From assembly GCA_030658975.1 (NCBI GenBank), contig JAUSBL010000105.1, forward strand, positions 10,971 to 74,970: 64,000 bases of DNA, given 5' to 3'. This document shows, piece by piece, positions 1 to 10,186 of the stretch (position 1 is its first letter; the number at the start of each line of letters is the position of its first letter). The notes under the pieces were generated by a model. It ran no database searches, was not told the origin of the DNA, and saw only the letters and a list, made by a program, of their open reading frames with translations. The stretch is from Candidatus Latescibacterota bacterium. Lineage in GTDB: Bacteria > Krumholzibacteriota > Krumholzibacteriia > LZORAL124-64-63. The translations under genes were made by a program, and so were the position numbers.

Positions 1-689
1 ACAAGGGCTTGGGCAAGGAAATCGGGCGGCAGCTGGGTGCGCTCGGATACACGGTGGTCCTCACGGCGAGGGACGAGCAGGCCGGTGCCGCAGCTGCGGC
101 CGAACTGGTGGCAGCCGGGTGCGACGCCCATAGCGTTCGTCTCGAGGTCACCAACCCCGACCATATCGCCAGCGTTGCGAGCTATCTCGAGAAGACCTTC
201 GACAAGCTGGACGTGCTCGTGAACAACGCCGGAATCTCCCTGGAGTGGGACGGGAAGCCGACCAGCGCCGACAAGATCCGCCGAACTCTCGAGGTCAACC
301 TCATCGCCCCCTACGCGATCACCGAGGCCCTCGTGCCGCTCCTCTCGCGCAGCGACGACGCCCGGGTGATCAACCACTCGTCGGTGCTCGGCTCGATCGG
401 CACTGCGGAGAGCACGTGGGAGCAGATCGGGGGCTTCATGTCCGTGGGGTACTCGACGTCGAAGGCCGGGCTCGACATGCTGACGCTGATCCAGTCGAAG
501 ACGCTGACGGGCAAGGGGATCGCGGTCGCCGCCGCCCACCCCGGGTGGGTGAAGACCGATCTCGGGACCCAGGCTGCGCCGATGGAGGTCGACGAGGGTG
601 CGAGCACGGTTGTCCAACTCGCGACCACCGCACGCGAGCGGTTCCCGCACGGCCAGTTGTGCCACAAGGGCGAGCGCTTGCCCTGGTAG
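1..689 (+). CDS. Short-chain dehydrogenase/reductase (SDR), 5'-partial (N-terminus lies upstream of the window)
   Basis: ORF 9..689 continues to the window edge in frame (KGLGKEIGRQLGALGYTVVLTARD). SDR motifs are present: NNAG (LVNNAGIS) and the catalytic YxxxK (YSTSKAG). The TGxxxGxG motif would be upstream. Confidence 0.8.
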   Translation, partial: KGLGKEIGRQLGALGYTVVLTARDEQAGAAAAAELVAAGCDAHSVRLEVTNPDHIASVASYLEKTFDKLDVLVNNAGISLEWDGKPTSADKIRRTLEVNLIAPYAITEALVPLLSRSDDARVINHSSVLGSIGTAESTWEQIGGFMSVGYSTSKAGLDMLTLIQSKTLTGKGIAVAAAHPGWVKTDLGTQAAPMEVDEGASTVVQLATTARERFPHGQLCHKGERLPW

Positions 690-743
690 GGGTCGCCTGT
701 GCATACGGTCCCGGACGCAGGCGCGAGCGATTGCGGCTACGGC

Positions 744-1613
744 ATGAAGAAACTGTCGGACGCGCTGCGGGAGCAGAAGGAGAAATGCGCGCACGAGGTG
801 GCATGTATAGGCGAACAGCGCTTTAAAGGAGATTTGACAGTGTGTCACGATTCAAGAAGCGATGAACGCCTTGAGGCAAGTCGAAGTTTCCTCAAGGATA
901 CCGTTCGCCAACAGGTCGATTTCTCGCGCACCGCGCAGAGTCGGCAATTGCCCGCGCCGCCTCTCCAGAAACCGTATGCACCGGACAGCGTGCGGATGAG
1001 TCTTCCCGGTGGCGTCTCGGCGCTGGCCCGCTTGGGCAGTATGTCGATCGGCGAGGCGATCACCAGGCGGCACAGTGTGCGTAACTACGGTGAGGCGCCG
1101 CTGACCATGGAAGAACTTTCCGCTCTGCTCTGGGCAACACAAGGCGTCCATAAAGTGCTTGGCCCAACCTGCGCGATGCGCACCGTGCCGTCTGCGGGTG
1201 CTCGCCATGCGTTTGAAACCTATATCGCCGTGAGCCGGGTTGAGGGAATTCCATCCGGCCTGTATCGATACTTGCCCTTTGACGGCCAGTTGCTGCAATT
1301 GCGCGTTGATATGCAGATCGGACGACAGGCCGCAACCGCCTGTTTAGGGCAGCAGTTTGTGGCTGGCGCCGCTGCGACCTTCTTCTGGACCGTGATACCC
1401 TCACGCATGGAATGGCGCTACGGCTTGGCGTCTCACAAGGTCATCGCCCTCGACGCCGGCCACGTCTGCCAAAACCTCTATCTGGCGTGCACCGCTCTTG
1501 GGGCGGGAACATGCGCGATCGCGGCCTACGACCAGGCCGCATGCGACCGGTTGCTGGGCGTTGATGGAGATGAGGAATTCACGTTGTACATCGCGCCGGT
1601 TGGAAAACTGTGA
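744..1613 (+). CDS. SagB-type dehydrogenase / nitroreductase-family protein
   Basis: Nitroreductase-fold signatures (RRHSVRNY, TMEELSALLWATQGV, SAGARHAFETY, ALDAGHVCQNLYLACTALGAGTC). The N-terminal approximately 100 aa extension is typical of SagB/ThcOx-type proteins. The start could be 699 or 744; MKKLSD was chosen. Confidence 0.7.
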   Translation: MKKLSDALREQKEKCAHEVACIGEQRFKGDLTVCHDSRSDERLEASRSFLKDTVRQQVDFSRTAQSRQLPAPPLQKPYAPDSVRMSLPGGVSALARLGSMSIGEAITRRHSVRNYGEAPLTMEELSALLWATQGVHKVLGPTCAMRTVPSAGARHAFETYIAVSRVEGIPSGLYRYLPFDGQLLQLRVDMQIGRQAATACLGQQFVAGAAATFFWTVIPSRMEWRYGLASHKVIALDAGHVCQNLYLACTALGAGTCAIAAYDQAACDRLLGVDGDEEFTLYIAPVGKL

Positions 1614-1692
1614 AACGCTGTGGACAACAGGCAGAAAGAATCGCGAGGCTGTAAGAAGCGAAACGATGACAACCAGCAGGAGAGGAACATCG

Positions 1693-2205
1693 ATGAAACG
1701 ACTCGCTGATCTCGCCGGTCAGCATCTGGAGTGGGTGCAGCCTAGCGCGCTCAAAATGGAGTACGAATTGCGGGCCGGCTCCGCAGTCGCGGCGACCCTG
1801 AATTTCAGGAGTTCCCTGGGTTCGCGTGCCACCGGCCGCAGCGCTGACGGCTGCTGGACGTTCAAGCGCGTGGGGTTCTTCCAGACACGAGCGACCGTCC
1901 GGGCCGAGGGCGCGGAAACCGATCTCGCCGTGTTTCGGAACAGCACCTGGACCAACGGGGGCACGCTGGAACTACACGACGGCCGAAAGTACCCCGCCAC
2001 GACCAACTTCTGGGAAACCGGCTTCGACTTGAACGACGAGTCGGGTCATACGCTGATCGGACATCGGGTCCACGGCCTGCTGCGCCTGTCGGCAGAAGTC
2101 GAAATCCGGGCCGGCGCTGGCCACATCCCGGAATTGCCATGGATGGTGATGCTGAGCTGCTATCTGATCGTGATGATGCAGAGCGACTCCGCGGCGGGCG
2201 CCTGA
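1693..2205 (+). CDS. Hypothetical protein
   Basis: ORF with an AGGAGA RBS 6 nt upstream of ATG 1693 (MKRLADL...). No recognisable family. Coding-like composition. Confidence 0.5.
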   Translation: MKRLADLAGQHLEWVQPSALKMEYELRAGSAVAATLNFRSSLGSRATGRSADGCWTFKRVGFFQTRATVRAEGAETDLAVFRNSTWTNGGTLELHDGRKYPATTNFWETGFDLNDESGHTLIGHRVHGLLRLSAEVEIRAGAGHIPELPWMVMLSCYLIVMMQSDSAAGA

Positions 2206-2231
2206 GTAGCCAACCGGCCGCGACATGCCCC

Positions 2232-2345
2232 TCAACGCACCAGCATCATCCGTCGCCGTTCGGCGCCCCGCGGCGTGACCAGTTCATAGAGATACAGCCC
2301 CGACGATACATTCCGTCCGTCGTCGTCTCTGCCGGCCCAGTGTGT
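2232..2345 (-). pseudogene. Remnant of a T9SS C-terminal sorting domain, a duplicate of the 3' end of the GH53 gene at 6238..6350
   Basis: Approximately 110 nt near-identical to 6229..6345. The encoded ...WAGRDDDGRNVSSGLYLYELVTPRGAERRRMMLVR is almost identical to the last 35 aa of the GH53 protein. The upstream part of this ORF is junk with no signal peptide or catalytic domain. Confidence 0.6.
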
Positions 2346-2478
2346 TTGATCCGGTTGGCAGGTTTGGGCTGGCATGCCGGTTGTCGGTATGTGGGGCGGG
2401 ACCGCCGGCAACTGGGGGCGGCGGCAGCTCGAGCTCGACGAGATCGAACTCATGGTCGTGGCCCGCAAGGAGGCCTGA

Positions 2479-3237
2479 ATGTCACACGCCGCTACGCCGC
2501 TCGGGGTGTCGCCAGACAAGACGGTCCTTCTCGTCGGCGGCACGGGGCGCACGGGTCAACGCGTCCTGTGCCGGCTGCTGGAGCGCGGCGTCGCCGTGCG
2601 CGCCGTCGTGCGGTCGGCCGGCCGGCTGCCGCCAGGGGTCGCCGGCGATCCGCGGCTGACGGTCGTCGAGGCCGACCTCCTGGCGCTCGACGACGAAAGC
2701 CTCGCGGCGCAGGTCCGCGGCTGCGAGGCGGTCGTCTCGTGCCTCGGCCACACGATCAGCCTGCGGGGCGTGTTCGGTCCGCCGCACGATCTGGTCGCGC
2801 GGGCCACGGCGCGCCTCTGCGGGGCGATCCGGGATTCGCGGCCGGCAGCGCCGGTGAAGTTCATCCTCATGAGCAGCGTTTCGGTCGACCACCCCGGCGC
2901 GTCCGGCGAGCGACGGACGGCCCCGGAGCGGCTGTTGCTGCGTGTGCTCCGCCGCCTGGTCCCGCCCGCCCGTGACAACCAGCGCGCAGCGGACTTCCTC
3001 CACGCCGCGATCGGGACGGAAGACCCGCACGTGCGGTGGGTCGTCGTCCGCCCGGACACCCTCCGGGAAGGGGAGGTCTCGGCGTACTCGCTCCACGAGC
3101 GCCCGGTGAGCAGCCTCTTCAGGCCGGACGACACCCGCATGTCGAACGTCGCCGATTTCATGTGCGACCTGGCGACCGCTGACGGATCTTGGAACGAGTG
3201 GGCGGGGCGGCTGCCCGTGATCGTCGACAGGAACTGA
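2479..3237 (+). CDS. NAD(P)H-binding atypical SDR / NmrA-like oxidoreductase
   Basis: AAGGAGG RBS 5 nt upstream. N-terminal Rossmann motif VLLVGGTGRTGQRV. Size and architecture of the NAD(P)-binding domain family. Confidence 0.75.
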   Translation: MSHAATPLGVSPDKTVLLVGGTGRTGQRVLCRLLERGVAVRAVVRSAGRLPPGVAGDPRLTVVEADLLALDDESLAAQVRGCEAVVSCLGHTISLRGVFGPPHDLVARATARLCGAIRDSRPAAPVKFILMSSVSVDHPGASGERRTAPERLLLRVLRRLVPPARDNQRAADFLHAAIGTEDPHVRWVVVRPDTLREGEVSAYSLHERPVSSLFRPDDTRMSNVADFMCDLATADGSWNEWAGRLPVIVDRN

Positions 3238-3258
3238 TCGATCCGTCCGGAGGAAATC

Positions 3259-3693
3259 ATGTACGAAGCCAAGACGAAACCCACCAAGGCCGGCGTCGCC
3301 GCCTTCCTCGGCGCCATCGCGGACCCCGAGCGCCGGCGCGATTGCCGGGCGCTCTCCGCCCTGATGAAGCGGGTGACCGGCTGCAGCCCCCGGATGTGGG
3401 GGACGAGCATCGTGGGGTTCGACAAGTACCACTACAAGTACGCGAGCGGGCACGAGGGCGACTCGTGCGTCGTGGGGTACTCGCCCCGCAAGGGGGATAT
3501 CAGCATCTACCTGGTTCCCGGGTACGAGACGGCGCCGGTCAAGGCGCTGCTCGCCAAGCTGGGCAAGCACAAGACGGGCAAGGGCTGCCTGTACGTCCGA
3601 CGCCTCGCCGACGTCGACCTGGCCGTCCTCGAGCAGCTCGTAGCCCGTTCCGTGGCGGAGATCAGGCGGAGGTATCCGCCGCGGGGGGATTGA
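3259..3693 (+). CDS. DUF1801 (YdhG-like) domain protein
   Basis: GGAGGAAATC RBS. Characteristic DUF1801 sequence (KPTKAGVAAFLGAI...RRRDCRALSALMKRVTG...PRMWGTSIVGFDKYHYKY). Confidence 0.75.
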   Translation: MYEAKTKPTKAGVAAFLGAIADPERRRDCRALSALMKRVTGCSPRMWGTSIVGFDKYHYKYASGHEGDSCVVGYSPRKGDISIYLVPGYETAPVKALLAKLGKHKTGKGCLYVRRLADVDLAVLEQLVARSVAEIRRRYPPRGD

Positions 3694-3944
3694 CGGCCGG
3701 CGTGGTCGCAGATCGCGAGGGTCGCGTTCGTGAGGGATTCACGGCGAACCGACCGCCCCCGCCTGAAAATTGATCATCGATCGCAGGATGTGCTAGGATC
3801 AGCCGGTCCAAGAGGGGCGTGGACGGCGATCACGGGTACGCACCCGCCATCGACCCACCGTCCCGGGCCGTCCCCGCCGACCCGAAAGCGCCGTCTCCTG
3901 AACGCATGCGGAGTTCTTCGCACCAGTCGTCAGGAGGTCCTGCC

Positions 3945-6173
3945 ATGGCTACGGCGATCACCGGAATTCCATCCATCTTTCGTGCGGCCCGCGCCTCGAT
4001 CCGCAGGGCGGCGACCGCGGCTGTCTGCGCGCTACTCTGCGCCGGGTTCGCCGGAGCTTCCCGCGTCGAGTGCGTCGACTACGGAGAACACCTGCACTGG
4101 ATCGGCGGCGTCAGCGCGCCCGACGTGGTCCGGGGCGTGGCCGTCTCCGGGAATTACGCCTACGTGGCGTGCGGGACGGCCGGCCTACGGGTGATCGACA
4201 TCTCGAATCCGGCCACGCCGCAGATCGTGGGCGCCGTCGACACGCCGGGCACCGCCAACGGCGTGGCCGTCGCCGGCGCCTATGCCTACGTGGCGGACGG
4301 CGCCTCGGGACTGCAGGTGATCACCGTCGCGAATCCGGCGAGCCCGCAGATCGTGGGCCACGCGACGACGCCCAGCTACTCGCGGGGCGTGGCTGTCTCC
4401 GGCAACCTCGCCGTCGTGGCGAACGACTGGTACGGCGTCCACGCGATCGACATCACCGTTCCCGAGGACCCGCAGGCCGTGAGCGGCGTGGACACGCCCG
4501 GGTCCGCCTACGGTGTGGCCGTCTCAGGGAACTACGCCTACGTGGCGGACGTGACATCCGGCCTCCAGGTGGTCGACATCTCGGATCCGGAGCACCTGCA
4601 GATCGTGGGCGGCGTGGTTCCCGCAGGGGTGTCCGCCTACGGCGTGGCCGTCTCCGGGCGCCATGCCTATGTGGCGGACTTCGGCGCCCGGCTGCACGTC
4701 ATCGACGTCCTGGATCCGGCGAGTCCGCAGGTGGTAGGGAGCGTGGCCACGCCCGGGTCCGCCCGCGGGGTGGTCGTCGCGGGGAGCCACGCGTATGTGG
4801 CGAACAACTTTTCGGGTCTCCTGTCCGTCGACGTGACGAATCCGGCGAGCCCACAGGTTGTCGGGATCGCGGATACGGGCGGCAACGCCATGGGCGTGGC
4901 CGTCTCCGGGGGCTGCGCGTACGTGGCGAGCGCGCTCCTCGGCCTCCAGGTCATCGACGTCACGTATCCGACGAGTCCGCAGCTCGTGGGCGGCGCGGTG
5001 ACGCCCGGCATGGCCCTCGGCGTCACCCTGGCCGGGAGTCGCGCCTACGTGGCGGACGACGAGAGCGGCCTGCAGGTGATCGACATCGCCGATCCGGCGG
5101 CCCCGGAGATCTTCGGCAACGCGGACACGCCCGGCCTGGCGCGGGGCGTGGCTGTTTCCGGGAGCTTCGCGTTCGTGGCGGACGAGAGCGCCGGCCTGCA
5201 GGTGATCGACATCTCCGACGGCAGGAACCCGCAGACCGTGGGCAGCCTGGACACGACGCCCCACTACGCCTACGACGTGTGCGTTTCCGGCGATTACGCC
5301 TACCTGGCGGTGAGCGGAGGCTCGGGCCTCCAGGTGGTCGACGTCACGAATCCGACGAACCCGTACCTCAGGGGCGGGGTGAGCCTCCCCGACGTCGCAC
5401 AAGCCGTGGTCGTCTCCGGAAATTTCGCCTATGTGGCGGCCTGGTCGGCCGGCCTCGTGGTGATCGATGTCTCGAATCCGGCCCTGCCGAGCATCACCAG
5501 CAGCGTGGACACGCCGGGCAACGCCTGGGACGTGATCGTCGTCGGGAACTACGCCTATGTGGCGGACTCGTTTTCCGGACTCCAGGTGATCGACCTCGCC
5601 GACCTGTCGAGCCCTCATATCGTGGGCGGCGTGAGATTGCCGGACGCCGCCCTGGGCGTGGACATCCACGGAAACTACGCCTACGTGGCGGGACGGGAAA
5701 GCGGGCTCCAGGTCGTCGACATCACGACTCCGGCGTCCCCGCAACTCGTGGGTGGAGTGGACACGCCCAACTATTCCGAGGGGGTGGCCGTCTCCGCGAG
5801 CCACGTCTTCGTGGTGGCCAGCGAATTCGGCCTGCAGATCGCGCCGCTGCAATGCGCTGGTGCGACCGCCGCGCCGTCATGGTCGGGCCCGGCGGACCTG
5901 AAGCTGTACCAGAACCGGCCGAACCCGTTCAACCCGCGGACGACCATCGCCTTCGACCTGCCGGAGGCGGCGCGGGTCGAGTTGGCCGTGTACGATGCGG
6001 CCGGCCGACTGGTCCGCACCCTGATCGCGGACCGCGATTTCTCGGAAGGCCACCACGAACAGGTTTGGGATGGGCGAGACCCGTTCGGCAACGAGCTGGC
6101 AGCGGGCGTGTACTTGTACCGGCTGGAAGCCGGCAACCGTCTCGAGACCGGGCGCATGGTGCTCGTGAAATAG
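3945..6173 (+). CDS. LVIVD-repeat beta-propeller protein with a T9SS C-terminal sorting domain
   Basis: AGGAGG RBS and a signal peptide ([38 protein letters not shown]). More than 15 tandem approximately 42-aa repeats of the form [33 protein letters not shown]. C-terminal Por_Secre_tail motif ([39 protein letters not shown]...[22 protein letters not shown]). Confidence 0.85.
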   Translation: MATAITGIPSIFRAARASIRRAATAAVCALLCAGFAGASRVECVDYGEHLHWIGGVSAPDVVRGVAVSGNYAYVACGTAGLRVIDISNPATPQIVGAVDTPGTANGVAVAGAYAYVADGASGLQVITVANPASPQIVGHATTPSYSRGVAVSGNLAVVANDWYGVHAIDITVPEDPQAVSGVDTPGSAYGVAVSGNYAYVADVTSGLQVVDISDPEHLQIVGGVVPAGVSAYGVAVSGRHAYVADFGARLHVIDVLDPASPQVVGSVATPGSARGVVVAGSHAYVANNFSGLLSVDVTNPASPQVVGIADTGGNAMGVAVSGGCAYVASALLGLQVIDVTYPTSPQLVGGAVTPGMALGVTLAGSRAYVADDESGLQVIDIADPAAPEIFGNADTPGLARGVAVSGSFAFVADESAGLQVIDISDGRNPQTVGSLDTTPHYAYDVCVSGDYAYLAVSGGSGLQVVDVTNPTNPYLRGGVSLPDVAQAVVVSGNFAYVAAWSAGLVVIDVSNPALPSITSSVDTPGNAWDVIVVGNYAYVADSFSGLQVIDLADLSSPHIVGGVRLPDAALGVDIHGNYAYVAGRESGLQVVDITTPASPQLVGGVDTPNYSEGVAVSASHVFVVASEFGLQIAPLQCAGATAAPSWSGPADLKLYQNRPNPFNPRTTIAFDLPEAARVELAVYDAAGRLVRTLIADRDFSEGHHEQVWDGRDPFGNELAAGVYLYRLEAGNRLETGRMVLVK

Positions 6174-6237
6174 CGCCCACCGCGGTTCCGTGTCGCCGGG
6201 TCTGGCCGCCGGGCCCGGCGATGCGGAGCCTTGTCCG

Positions 6238-7959
6238 TCAACGTACCAGCATCATCCGCCGCCGCTCCGCGCCCCGCGGCGTGACCAGTTCGTAGAGATA
6301 CAACCCCGAGGACACATCCCGGCCGCCGTCGTCCCGGCCGGCCCAGTTCACCCGGTGCCATCCCGCGCCGGCCGCCGCCTCGGCCAGGGTGCACACCAGC
6401 TCCCCGGCCACGTCGTAGACCTTCAGGCTGACCGGGCCGGCCCGCTCGAGCCTGAAACCGATCTCCGTGCTGGGGTTGAAGGGGTTGGGCCGATTCTGCA
6501 GCAGGCTGCCGCCTCCCGGTGCGGGCACGACCGATACCGCGGCGCAGGCGGTGCCGAACTCCAGCCCCGGCAGGGCGTCCCCCCCGAAGTCGAAGAGCGT
6601 CAGGTTCTCGTAGGGGTTCCCTGGCCCCCCGTCGACCGGGATGAACGCCGGCTCCCAGTAGATCACCCCGATGCCGCCGGACGTCTCGACGACCCTTCGT
6701 ACGTCCCGCAGGAAATCCCGCTGCCCGAGCGGCGTCGCCGGGTAGCCGCTCTGCAAGTCGCCTTCCCCGGTGACGAAGTTCCCCGTGGCGTCCGCCGCCG
6801 CCAGCGTCCACGGGTACGCCGTCTCGACCACCATCAGCGTCTTCCCGTAGCGCGGCCCGAGGTCCCGCAGGTTCGCCTTCAGTTGCCAGAGCGTACCGTG
6901 CCACCACGGATAGTAGGACAACCCGATCACGTCGTAGTCCACCCCGGCGGATGTCAGCTGATCCAGGAACCAGCGGCAACGGGCGTTGTCGCCCCCCGGC
7001 GCCAGGTGCACGATCAGCTCGGTCGGCGCGCCGGGCGGCAACGCGGTCCGGGCGGCGCCGGCCGCCGCCTGCAGCAGGGAGGTGAGCGCGGCCCACTGCG
7101 CCGGCGTGTCCCATGAGCTGCCCGGCCAGCCCACCTTGCCTGCGTCCCACAGCAGGCCTGCGTCGATCTCGTTGCCGAGCTGCACGTAGCGTGGCGTCAG
7201 CCCCTCGTCGACGAAGCGGTCCACGACGCGCGTTGTGTAAGCGGCCACCGAATCGGCCAGCGCCGCGGTCGGGATGCCCTCCCAGGCGGTCGGCGTCGTC
7301 TGATGGCCGGGGTCGGCCCACGTGTCGGAGTAATGGAGGTCGAGCATCAGCTCGAACCCCGCGGCCTGCAGCCGGTGGGCGAAAGCGACGGTCGCGTCGA
7401 GCCCATGCCACGGCTCGGCCGGCGTGTGCCAGAGCCGCAGCCTCACCAGCCCGATGCCCGCCTCCGCGACGAGCGCGGGCAGCGGCGCGGGATGTCCGTC
7501 GCGGCCGTAGGTCGCGCCGAGCGATTCGAGTTGGGGTACGAAGGACAGGTCCGCCCCGACCACGCGCGTGGCCGGGTCCAGGGTGGCGCTCAGGTCCGCG
7601 AAGAAGACAGTCGGTGGGTCGCCGCCCCCGGCCGGCACCTGCCAGATCCGGTTGGGGATGTCCTCCTCCCAAACCTCGGCGCCGCCGCTGCGGACGATCA
7701 GGAACTTGTAGGCGATGCCGCCGGCGGGCAGGTCGGAGACGGTCTCGTAGATTCCCTGGCCGGCGCCCGCCTGCAGGACGCGCTGCCCGCCGGCCCAGCC
7801 GTCGAAATCGCCGCGCACCTCGACTAGGTCGCTCGACGGGTCGAAGTAACCGGCGGCCAGGTAGGGTCCCATGTTCACCCGGAACGTGACGGGCGCGGCC
7901 GGGACCGCGGCCGGCAGCAGGGCGGCGCAACAGCAGATCCAGAGTAGCGAATGGCGCAC
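6238..7959 (-). CDS. GH53 arabinogalactan endo-beta-1,4-galactanase with an N-terminal CBM-like domain and a T9SS CTD
   Basis: GH53 motifs: VRLRLW, LDLHYSDTWADPG, VQLGNE (catalytic acid), IGLSYYPWW, VVETAY (nucleophile), IYWEP. N-terminal CBM20/CBM61-like fold (FRVNM...VEVRGDFDGW...YKFLIV). C-terminal [16 protein letters not shown]...GLYLYELV...RMMLVR. GTG start with an AGGTGG RBS. Confidence 0.85.
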   Translation of the reverse strand: MRHSLLWICCCAALLPAAVPAAPVTFRVNMGPYLAAGYFDPSSDLVEVRGDFDGWAGGQRVLQAGAGQGIYETVSDLPAGGIAYKFLIVRSGGAEVWEEDIPNRIWQVPAGGGDPPTVFFADLSATLDPATRVVGADLSFVPQLESLGATYGRDGHPAPLPALVAEAGIGLVRLRLWHTPAEPWHGLDATVAFAHRLQAAGFELMLDLHYSDTWADPGHQTTPTAWEGIPTAALADSVAAYTTRVVDRFVDEGLTPRYVQLGNEIDAGLLWDAGKVGWPGSSWDTPAQWAALTSLLQAAAGAARTALPPGAPTELIVHLAPGGDNARCRWFLDQLTSAGVDYDVIGLSYYPWWHGTLWQLKANLRDLGPRYGKTLMVVETAYPWTLAAADATGNFVTGEGDLQSGYPATPLGQRDFLRDVRRVVETSGGIGVIYWEPAFIPVDGGPGNPYENLTLFDFGGDALPGLEFGTACAAVSVVPAPGGGSLLQNRPNPFNPSTEIGFRLERAGPVSLKVYDVAGELVCTLAEAAAGAGWHRVNWAGRDDGGRDVSSGLYLYELVTPRGAERRRMMLVR

Positions 7960-8117
7960 GGTGGTCCACCTGTCGATACGGGGGCGGGCATGTCAGCCGG
8001 ATCCGGAACCACACCATTATAGACCATGCCGGAGTAGGGCGCGGCGCCAGCGCCCGGCACAAATGAGACTTATCCTATGGGGATCCGTCCCTTGAGGCCA
8101 TCCGCCGAGGAGCCCCC

Positions 8118-9170
8118 ATGCCCAAGATCCGCTCCGTGAGCACCAGCGTCCCCGCCACCCGCATCGACCAGGCCGAAGCCGAAGCCTTCGCCCGCCTGAA
8201 GTTCACCGGCCGCATCCCGGACCTCGAGCGCCTGATGCCGCTCTTCTCCAACTCCGGCATCGCGACCCGTTACTTCGCCGCCCCCCGCGAATGGTTCTTC
8301 ACCTCCCACGACATGGCCGAGAAGAGCGCCCTCTACGCCGCCGAAGCGACCCGCCTCTCGGCCGAGGCCGCCGGCCGCGCCCTGGCCGCCGCAGAGCTCG
8401 CGCCGCGCGACATCGACTACATCATCTACGTGAACACCACCGGCCTCGCGACGCCCTCGATCGACGCCCGCCTGATCAACGTCCTGGGTCTGCGCCACGA
8501 CATCCGCCGCACGCCGATCTGGGGCCTGGGTTGTGCGGGCGGGGCGGCCGGCCTGTCCCACGCCCACCACTACGCGCTGGCCCACCCGCGCGCGCGGATC
8601 CTGGTCGTGGCCACCGAACTGTGCGGCCTGACCTTCCTGCCGGACGACGTCTCCAAGGCCAACCTCGTGGCCACGGCCCTGTTCGCCGACGGGGCCGCCG
8701 CCGTGGTGGTCTGCGGCGACGAGATCGACGGGCCAGGGCTGAAGATCCGCGGCACCGGCAGCCGCTTCTTCCCCGACTCGCTGGACGTCATGGGCTGGAC
8801 CGTTTTGCAGGAGGGGCTGCAGGTCGTGTTCGCCCAGCGGATCCCCGAGATCGTCCAGCAGACCGCGGCCGGGGACATGGGCGCCTTCCTGTCCCGCTTC
8901 GACCTGAAGATCGCCGACATCGGCGCCTTCCTGCTGCACCCCGGCGGCACCAAGGTCCTGGAGGCGTATCAGGAGGCGCTGGGTCTGCGCCCGGAACAGC
9001 TCGACCTGGCGCGCGGCGTGCTGCGCGACTTCGGCAACATGTCCTCGGCGACGGTCCTGTTCGTGCTGGAGCGGTACCTGCGGACGCACGGCACGGGCAA
9101 CGGCGGCCACGGGCTGATTTCGTCGCTGGGGCCGGGATTCTGCTCGGAGTCGTTGCTGGTGGAGTTGTAG
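8118..9170 (+). CDS. Type III polyketide synthase (chalcone/stilbene synthase family)
   Basis: GAGGAG RBS. Active-site Cys in GLGCAGG, His in LLHPGG and Asn in FGNMSSA. Overall fit to the RppA/ArsB-like length of about 350 aa. Confidence 0.85.
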   Translation: MPKIRSVSTSVPATRIDQAEAEAFARLKFTGRIPDLERLMPLFSNSGIATRYFAAPREWFFTSHDMAEKSALYAAEATRLSAEAAGRALAAAELAPRDIDYIIYVNTTGLATPSIDARLINVLGLRHDIRRTPIWGLGCAGGAAGLSHAHHYALAHPRARILVVATELCGLTFLPDDVSKANLVATALFADGAAAVVVCGDEIDGPGLKIRGTGSRFFPDSLDVMGWTVLQEGLQVVFAQRIPEIVQQTAAGDMGAFLSRFDLKIADIGAFLLHPGGTKVLEAYQEALGLRPEQLDLARGVLRDFGNMSSATVLFVLERYLRTHGTGNGGHGLISSLGPGFCSESLLVEL

Positions 9171-9282
9171 ACTGTGGACAGGAACATCCTGCCAACCGAG
9201 AGCAGCACCTGAGCACGAAAGGTCGGGTTCCCGGTTGGGCAAGACTCGAACGACAGGCGGCGAAGTGCGACAGGACGAGCCC

Positions 9283-9546
9283 ATGAGTTCAGACACTCCG
9301 AACGACACCCACGCGACGATCGAGACTTACTTGGTCGACGGCTACCGCATCATGTCACACGCCCAGAAAATCGAGTGTGTCCGATCGCTCACCAGGGCCG
9401 TGCAGGAGCTCGCGCTGCATGACGTCCGCCGCCGTTACCCGGACGCCGATGAGCGGGAATTGGCTCTCCGGGTCGCATCGCGCTGGCTCGATCCGCAGCT
9501 GATGGTTCGCGCCTTCGGCTGGGATGTCGGCAAGGAGGGGTATTGA
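9283..9546 (+). CDS. Hypothetical small protein (87 aa), 4-bp overlap with the downstream nucleotidyltransferase gene
   Basis: ORF whose stop overlaps ATG 9543 (ATGA). No family recognised. The start is uncertain (weak RBS). Confidence 0.45.
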   Translation: MSSDTPNDTHATIETYLVDGYRIMSHAQKIECVRSLTRAVQELALHDVRRRYPDADERELALRVASRWLDPQLMVRAFGWDVGKEGY

Positions 9547-10121
9547 TGCTCTCCGAGCCCATCCTCGTCCTGGCGAGACTCGCTCGCATCTTCGACGCCC
9601 TTGGAATTCGATATCTCGTGGGAGGCTCGCTGGCCAGCTCACTCTACGGGATTCCTCGCGCCACGCAGGACGTGGACCTGGTCGCTGATCTCAAGCCCTC
9701 CGATGTGGACGACCTTGTAACCGCGCTCAGCGATGGCTTCTATGCCGACGCTGCGATGATCCGTGATGCGGTCAACCGGCGTGAATCGTTCAACGTCGTC
9801 GACCTCGAAACGATGTTCAAGGCCGACATCTTTGTATCTCGCGGAGATCCCTGGTCTTGTGAGCAAATGGCGAGAGCGCGCACCGAGCGACTCGATGTGT
9901 CCGGTGGTGCGGTTTCGATCAACTTTGCCAGCCCGGAGGACACGCTGCTACACAAGATGGTCTGGTACAAGCTCGGAAACCAGACTTCGGAACGACAGTG
10001 GCGTGACATCGTGGGCGTGGTGAAAGTCCAGGGCGGCTCACTGGAGGTCGAGTATCTCGAACGCTGGGCGCCGACGCTCGGCGTGTCGGAACTGCTGCTT
10101 CGAGCGATGAAGGACCTCTGA
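9543..10121 (+). CDS. Nucleotidyltransferase-fold protein (minimal Pol-beta-type NTase)
   Basis: hG[GS]x(9-13)DhDh motif (YLVGGSLASSLYGIPRATQDVDLVADL). About 190 aa, resembling widespread uncharacterised 'nucleotidyltransferase family proteins'. Translationally coupled to the upstream small ORF. Confidence 0.7.
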   Translation: MMLSEPILVLARLARIFDALGIRYLVGGSLASSLYGIPRATQDVDLVADLKPSDVDDLVTALSDGFYADAAMIRDAVNRRESFNVVDLETMFKADIFVSRGDPWSCEQMARARTERLDVSGGAVSINFASPEDTLLHKMVWYKLGNQTSERQWRDIVGVVKVQGGSLEVEYLERWAPTLGVSELLLRAMKDL

Positions 10122-10186
10122 TGGTCCTGCTGGAAGGTTGAGATGCGAAGTGATGCGGGCAGTGATCACCGGGAGGGCGCAGGGGC

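Noticed and set aside
4070-6295. 741-aa plus-strand ORF overlapping the LVIVD gene in another frame (Arg/Gly/Pro-rich)
   Set aside because: Low-complexity RGRP composition with no motifs; it is an alternate frame of a gene with clear repeat architecture. High-GC stop-codon depletion artefact.
5771-8062. 763-aa minus-strand ORF spanning the LVIVD 3' end and the GH53 gene
   Set aside because: Alternate frame of the GH53 gene (6238..7959 has the GH53 catalytic motifs). Arg/Pro/Gly-rich junk.
8070-9308. 412-aa minus-strand ORF antisense to the type III PKS
   Set aside because: Antisense to a gene with an intact catalytic triad. Composition typical of GC-rich antisense frames.
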